This document shows positions 59,169-64,000 of a stretch of 64,000 nucleotides of DNA, one piece after another (position 1 is the stretch's first letter; each line of letters opens with the position of its first letter). A program made the position numbers and the translations under genes. The notes beneath the pieces are model-generated. The model saw only the letters and a list, made by a program, of their open reading frames with translations, was not told the origin of the DNA and did no database searches. Source of the DNA: a virus. Location: IMG/VR virus record IMGVR_UViG_3300012984_000568, positions 20,373 through 84,372 of that record, one strand, 5' to 3'.

Positions 59169-60169
59169 TCGCCCCTCGCTGGACCGAAAAGTGCGGCGTC
59201 AATGTGGTCGCGTGTCGGATGCTCAGTGGTTTTGGGCAAAAAAAGAGGCGCAGCTGCTCCCAGCGACTCCGGAGTACTCCCGCGACGCGCGTGTCGGCTC
59301 GAGCAGGGAGCGACGTCGCCCGCGCCGGCGGCAGCGGCGCGACCTGGATCCGGCGACGTTGCCGGCGCCGAGCGACGGTGCGCCACGGAGGCCTTCAGCG
59401 ACGTGTCGCCTCGATGGTGGAGCGACGTCCGCTTGAACTCGGCGAACGCGCGACCCACCACGCCAGTCCCAGGAAAGAGGTCGTCGAAGTCATCGCCGGG
59501 CGACGCGCCGAGCAGGCGGAACAGGAACGCGCAGAACGCAAGCGGCTTGCGCCCGGGCAGGGTGCCGCCGCCTCGCGCCGGCTGCGCCGATAGAAAGTCC
59601 GGAAACCCTGGGCGGCGCAGCCGAGCAGGCACGTAGATGATCGGCTCCCACGCGTTGTGCGCGCCGCGGGTCTTCGAGCTGACGCCGTGTGGCTTGCCCC
59701 ACGCGGCAACGCGGGCCTCGGGTGGGCAGAGGGGCAGTATGTGCCGCAGGGCCTTGGCGGAGGTCGATAACGCCCAGCCGTCGTACGTGACCAGCTTGGC
59801 GACGAGCGCCTCGTGGTCGACTTCACCGGCGTAGGTCGGTTCGTCGCGGTAGTACTTCCGCGACGTCCCAGGGTAGGGCGGGTCCCCGTAGCCGAGCCGC
59901 TTTGGCGTGTCGCCGAGGTCCTCCGCGACGCAGAGCTGGCGCATGCGCCACGCCGTCTGGCGGCACTTCTTCGAGCACCATCGGAACCGTTCCGCAGGAA
60001 GGGAAACGCCGCACCACAGGCAGCGTCGCTCCGAGCAGCTCTCGACGTCGCCCGCGGCCGCGCTGGCCTCGGGGCGTCCGCTCGAGCACCCAGCGACCCC
60101 GCGTCGCTCCGGTACCGCGGCGACGTCGTTCGGCGCCGTCGCGGTTGCCGTCGGCAGACGCGCGGTCAC
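59165..60169 (-). CDS. DNA amino-methyltransferase with N-terminal zinc finger
   Basis: CLWCG..WCSKKCRQ finger, YGDPPYPG (motif IV), GRKP, DLFPGTG (motif I); start uncertain. Confidence 0.75.
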   Translation of the reverse strand: MTARLPTATATAPNDVAAVPERRGVAGCSSGRPEASAAAGDVESCSERRCLWCGVSLPAERFRWCSKKCRQTAWRMRQLCVAEDLGDTPKRLGYGDPPYPGTSRKYYRDEPTYAGEVDHEALVAKLVTYDGWALSTSAKALRHILPLCPPEARVAAWGKPHGVSSKTRGAHNAWEPIIYVPARLRRPGFPDFLSAQPARGGGTLPGRKPLAFCAFLFRLLGASPGDDFDDLFPGTGVVGRAFAEFKRTSLHHRGDTSLKASVAHRRSAPATSPDPGRAAAAGAGDVAPCSSRHARRGSTPESLGAAAPLFLPKTTEHPTRDHIDAALFGPARGE

Positions 60170-60263
60170 GCCCACCCCCGAGCGACAGCGAAACGCAGCA
60201 CGGCTCGGCGAGTCCCCAAGTAGGCGGGGATACCCGTGAGCAGGGAGGCAGCGGTGAGCAGGA

Positions 60264-60545
60264 TCACTGCTTCCTCCCGAGCTTGCCGGCGGCTCGAGCG
60301 CGCGAGAGCTTGTTGCGCAGCTTGGTGTCACTCGACTTCTGGAAGGTGGCGATCGTCTGTCGTGCGCTTGCCATTCCGCGGCCAAGGCACGCGGCGTAGG
60401 CGTCGCTCAGTATCGCGTCGGTTTTGACCCGTTTGCGCAGCGCGGCCTGACCAATGCCGACGAGCCGGCACGCGCCGGCGACGGACGGTGCCACGCGGAG
60501 CGCACGCGCGAGCTCGGTGGTGGAGTACTTCCGCGGAGGGGCCAT
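60264..60545 (-). CDS. Small HTH protein
   Basis: SVAGACRLVGIGQAALRKR helix-turn-helix. Confidence 0.6.
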   Translation of the reverse strand: MAPPRKYSTTELARALRVAPSVAGACRLVGIGQAALRKRVKTDAILSDAYAACLGRGMASARQTIATFQKSSDTKLRNKLSRARAAGKLGRKQ

Positions 60546-61711
60546 CAGACTCGAGCCTCCGGGAACTGGCGAACGCGCAGCGACTCAGGCCACTCCGATG
60601 GGTCGCCGCCTTTCTTGTCGCGCAGCATGTGAGCGTGACGCGCCCAGCCCTTGATCGGGGTGACATGCTGACGCTGAAGCGACTCAAGTACCGCGGCCTT
60701 CGCTAGCTCAACGGTCGGCTCACTCGCGTTCTCACCGCCGGTGCCGCGGCGGTCCCAAGTGTGCCAAACACCGTTCTTCCAAACCGTCGCGAGTTCCGTC
60801 TTCTTGCCCATGCAGTCGACTGCGACGGCTTCTAGCGAGCCTTGCGAACGCACGTTGTCGCGCCACTCGACCCTCCAAGGCGCGAAGCAGTTGCCGCCGA
60901 GCTGCTTCACGAAACACGGAATCGCGTTCTCGCGGCACTCGTCCACGATGCTCTCGATCCAAGCCACATCGCACGGGCGCGATCCTGGGCCGCTCTCGCC
61001 GCCGATGATCACCCAATCAAGATGCAGGTGACCAGTGCCGCGGAGCCGCATCGGGCCAAGCATCGGCTCGATGCTGACGAAGTGAACCGCCGCGGGGCAG
61101 CCATGCACGAGCGTGGGCACGCGCGCGTTGTAGGTTTCCTGGTTCTCGGCGGAGGTGCCGAGGTGGACGTTTGGGATGGGCCAGCGTTGCGAGCCTCGAC
61201 CAGGAGCAAATGCCATCGCGCGCGCGGGGCGCGGCAACAGATTCAGCAGTGCGTCGTCGGCCAAACTCGCGCACCGGTCGATCGGTAGCGATTCAATGCC
61301 TGCGCCGCTGCCGTCGACCCACTTGAACCACTCGGCCGCCCGCTTCGGTTGCTTCGTGAGCACCTGAAACGTGTGCTGCGGACACGCCGCCATCACGCCG
61401 AACACCGCCGCGATCTCCTCGTTCGAAAGCGACGGGTGGAACAGGTCGCTCATGCTGTTCACGAAGATGCGGGCCGGCTTGCGCCACTTCATCGGGGCTG
61501 CGAGCTGGCCGGGGATGAAGCGCGCCACGCCGGTCCAATCGACCTTGCCGCGGCGGATCGTCGTCAGCCCCTCAAACGGTTTGCCGGCGCCTGAGAAACG
61601 GTGCGCCATGTTCATCGCGTAGCAGTTGTCGCAGCCTGCACTCACACGGGAGCAACCGCGCACTGGGTTCCAGGTGCGATCGGTCCACTGTATCGAGGTG
61701 AGCGCGCTCAT
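60545..61711 (-). CDS. DUF5131 (Gp37/Gp68 family, three-Cys radical-SAM-like) protein
   Basis: IQWTDRTWNPVRGCSRVSAGCDNCYA, FVNSMSDLFH, WVIIGGESG, FVKQLG. Confidence 0.92.
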   Translation of the reverse strand: MSALTSIQWTDRTWNPVRGCSRVSAGCDNCYAMNMAHRFSGAGKPFEGLTTIRRGKVDWTGVARFIPGQLAAPMKWRKPARIFVNSMSDLFHPSLSNEEIAAVFGVMAACPQHTFQVLTKQPKRAAEWFKWVDGSGAGIESLPIDRCASLADDALLNLLPRPARAMAFAPGRGSQRWPIPNVHLGTSAENQETYNARVPTLVHGCPAAVHFVSIEPMLGPMRLRGTGHLHLDWVIIGGESGPGSRPCDVAWIESIVDECRENAIPCFVKQLGGNCFAPWRVEWRDNVRSQGSLEAVAVDCMGKKTELATVWKNGVWHTWDRRGTGGENASEPTVELAKAAVLESLQRQHVTPIKGWARHAHMLRDKKGGDPSEWPESLRVRQFPEARV

Positions 61712-62124
61712 CGAACAACCGTCCCCTTCCAGCAGCACCACTGCCGGCCAGCTGTTTCACTGCAATACGCGCCGCACGGCAGCTCCGTGCAATTCGGGAA
61801 TTCGATATCAGGCGGCGCAACCACGAGCTGAACATTGGTGTTCCCGGGTGAGCAGTCCGGCAGAGCAGGGGTGGGCTCGTAGGTACCGCCGCACGCGGGC
61901 AGCGCGAGCAGCGTGGCACCCAATGCAAGCGCAGCGACGAGCCGAGCTCGGCGCTGGCGGTCGTCCAGGATAGCCGCCAACCGCAGCGAGCTCTGCGTCA
62001 AATCCTGGACGAGATTTCCCAGGATTTGCGCGCGCCGCCCTTGCCGCTGCTCGAAGGCCCTGGCGAGCGCAGCGCGCGGCGGATGCGAGTGCGTGATGAC
62101 GTCCCCTGGTTTGAACTGACTCAA
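61708..62124 (-). CDS. Membrane/lipoprotein-like Cys-rich protein
   Basis: TTG after AGGAGG; internal LALGATLLALPAC then Cys-rich tail. Confidence 0.5.
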   Translation of the reverse strand: MSQFKPGDVITHSHPPRAALARAFEQRQGRRAQILGNLVQDLTQSSLRLAAILDDRQRRARLVAALALGATLLALPACGGTYEPTPALPDCSPGNTNVQLVVAPPDIEFPNCTELPCGAYCSETAGRQWCCWKGTVVR

Positions 62125-62495
62125 GACGCCCTCCTGACTGGCCACGCCTGCTCGAGCGCTGCGTCGACCTGGTCCTGGTCAATGCCGACTTCTTCGGCGA
62201 GAAATGCGCGAAGCACCGAGCGCTCCACTCTCGCTCTGCCGCGTGTGTATTGGACGAAGTCCAGGAGCTCCTCGACGCAACGCGGTGGTTGGTCAGCAGG
62301 CCGCGGGCCATGCCAAAACGACGAGTACTCGTACGCCAGTCCCTCGACCTCTTCAGCGGTGAGCGTTCTGCTCTGTCGCGGGTTTCCCTGGGTGATGCCC
62401 ACGCACGGAAGGAGCTTGTTCCAGCAGCCAGCGCGCAGGCAGTAGTCGCACACCACGACCTCGGCAGGCGCGGGCAAGTGGTCGGGCAGCTTCAC
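62121..62495 (-). CDS. Hypothetical protein
   Basis: VCDYCLRAGCW..C..E..S.W motif; coupled ORF. Confidence 0.6.
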   Translation of the reverse strand: MKLPDHLPAPAEVVVCDYCLRAGCWNKLLPCVGITQGNPRQSRTLTAEEVEGLAYEYSSFWHGPRPADQPPRCVEELLDFVQYTRGRARVERSVLRAFLAEEVGIDQDQVDAALEQAWPVRRAS

Positions 62496-62622
62496 CGCGC
62501 CCTCCGATCACGCCGCTCGAGCCGCTCAGCGGCAACCATCGCCACCAGCGTCAGCGCTCCCAGCACCAGGCCGAGAGCGCCGAGCGCTGCGACGGCAACA
62601 CCCACCTTTGCTCTGTGCGCGA

Positions 62623-63495
62623 TCATTGAGCAGCCTCCATTTCGACCAAGCCAAGCGCTGCCGCTGCTGACTTCAGCACCTTCGCTTCTTGTCGCAGAGT
62701 TTCAGCCGCTGACTTGGATTGCCGCTCGATGCGGTCCGCGGCTTGCTCGAGCTCGGCAATTGGGTCGGCTTTGTGCCCAAAGCGGCGGACCTTCATCAGG
62801 TCGTCAACGGCCTTGCCGATGTTTCCCGCATCCCAGCTGTTGATTTTGAGCCCGGAGAGCTTCTCGAATTCATCGAGATTCGACTGCAGCATTTCCAGCG
62901 CGCGCTGTGTGTTGGCGAGCTTCGCAACGTGCTCCTCGGGACCGCGCTTCTCGCCGAGCTCGATGCCCTCTCGCTTCGCCACCGCGATGGATCGGTCGAG
63001 GCCTTCGCTCGCTCGACGGAGCAGAGCCGCTACGAAACTGCGGGTCAGCGCCTCCGGCTCGAGCTTCGGTGCTTCGGTCTTGCAGACCATCTTGTCGCCC
63101 TTGAGCACCAGCAGGCCCCAGTTCGCGGGGAGCTCGCCGGGCTGCACGATCGACTCGTCGCCGGCGGCCAGCCACCAGCGGTCGCAGTACTTCGCGATCG
63201 CGTCGGCCTTTTTCGGATTCTTGAGCTCGCTCAGCCAGTCCGAGCGCGAGACCTTGATTTCGATGCCCTCGATCAGCAGACCGCGCGAGGGCCAGAGCCC
63301 AACTGCGACGGCGTCAGCGTGACGAGCGACGCCGGCGCCCGTGGCATTGCCGACCTCCTCGAAGAAACCGAACGCACCATTGGGGTAGCGCAATCGCAGG
63401 GCTGCTTTGACGTCGACGGCGGTGGCTCGCGTTGCCGATTTCTTCCCCTCATTTGAGGGAGCAAAACCGGAACCGGCGGCCTTCTTGGCGCTCAC
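62623..63495 (-). CDS. MmcB-like PD-(D/E)xK nuclease-family protein
   Basis: ADAVAVGLWPS..GIEIKVSRSDW..EL..P.K, CDRWW, ELP..WGL. Confidence 0.75.
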   Translation of the reverse strand: MSAKKAAGSGFAPSNEGKKSATRATAVDVKAALRLRYPNGAFGFFEEVGNATGAGVARHADAVAVGLWPSRGLLIEGIEIKVSRSDWLSELKNPKKADAIAKYCDRWWLAAGDESIVQPGELPANWGLLVLKGDKMVCKTEAPKLEPEALTRSFVAALLRRASEGLDRSIAVAKREGIELGEKRGPEEHVAKLANTQRALEMLQSNLDEFEKLSGLKINSWDAGNIGKAVDDLMKVRRFGHKADPIAELEQAADRIERQSKSAAETLRQEAKVLKSAAAALGLVEMEAAQ

Positions 63496-63710
63496 TGGGC
63501 ACCTCGGGCTTCCTCGGCCTCAAGGGCGGGGATGAAGTTGTCGAGCATGTCCCGCCAGAAGCGGGCCTGGGCGGCGGTCAGCTTCAGCCGCTCAACCGGG
63601 GCGGGGAACATGACGCAGAGCACCCCGTCCTGGAGCTCAGCGTAGGTGTGCCGGCGGCTACCGAGCCGGCGGGCGCGCTCCGTCTCGAGGTCGATGACGA
63701 CGCGCGGCAT
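63492..63710 (-). CDS. Hypothetical protein
   Basis: ATG 63710 after GGAGG; GTGA coupled downstream. Confidence 0.55.
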   Translation of the reverse strand: MPRVVIDLETERARRLGSRRHTYAELQDGVLCVMFPAPVERLKLTAAQARFWRDMLDNFIPALEAEEARGAQ

Positions 63711-63882
63711 CAGCCGACCTCCGGGAGGACGCCGACTTTGTGGGCCGCAAACACGAGTCCCCACGCCTCGACACTAAGGCGCGTGTCTATTGGGCGCGGC
63801 GATGCGCCAATGCACGCGGATTCACTTGTCCGCGTACTTTGGCGCGTTTCGCTATCGTCGCTTAATTCTCGCTCTGTCTCAG

Positions 63883-64000
63883 TGGAGGCGCCGGGAATTG
63901 AACCCGGGTCCGCGAGGCATCGAGACAACCTTCGTTCACGTGCGTAGCCGGTGGTTGCCCCCGCCGGCAGGAGTTCGTGGATTCGGCCACGACCTAGCCT
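63883..64000 (-). ncRNA. ssrA: tmRNA, 3' portion (5' part beyond the window)
   Basis: - strand reads ..CTACGCACGTGAACG..GCGGACCCGGGTTCAATTCCCGGCGCCTCCA: T-arm, Ala-type acceptor strand with the U of G3-U70, no anticodon arm, and an upstream H-type pseudoknot (CTCCT/GGGGG, GCCGG/CCGGC); CCA not encoded. Confidence 0.8.

Noticed and set aside
63710-63947. ORFs 63710-63928 (-) and 63432-63947 (+)
   Set aside because: They overlap the tmRNA 3' end and structured trailer; no coding support
63883-63960. tRNA gene
   Set aside because: The T-arm and acceptor strand are present, but no anticodon or D arm lies at tRNA spacing; the upstream sequence fits tmRNA
1-64000. Genome-wide TAG reassignment (code 15), suggested by the tape-measure amber
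   Set aside because: TAG ends several genes cleanly (1547, 8615, 9230, 9568, 14488, 37175, 47119) and the other long genes are uninterrupted

Overview
The whole window is part of a GC-rich tailed phage or prophage. It has a lambda-type head and packaging module (small terminase, GpA large terminase, gpW, portal, S49 protease, decoration protein, gpE capsid) and a Mu-like contractile tail (sheath, tube, frameshifted chaperone, tape measure, DNA-circularization protein, gp44-gp48-like baseplate). After these come an ~9 kb accessory fibre module and a GH25 lysis region. Positions 1-9230 are + strand small early genes. From ~9230 to 64000 almost everything is one - strand run, from replication/modification genes into the late genes. 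A Myxococcota-like host is inferred from lipoprotein style only, and no integrase is visible. Most notable observations: (1) an ARC/Mpa proteasome-type AAA+ ATPase lacking the HbYX tail, directly behind a UBA-like protein; (2) the 3' part of a tmRNA inside the phage operon; (3) a small gene bracketed by a perfect 23-bp inverted repeat that competes with a hairpin over its ribosome-binding region, a candidate fold-back RNA switch or inverton; (4) a single in-frame amber codon splitting the tape-measure gene; (5) arrays of GTCGC..GCGAC palindromes on both sides of a methyltransferase core. All family assignments come from motif recognition by eye; no searches were run.
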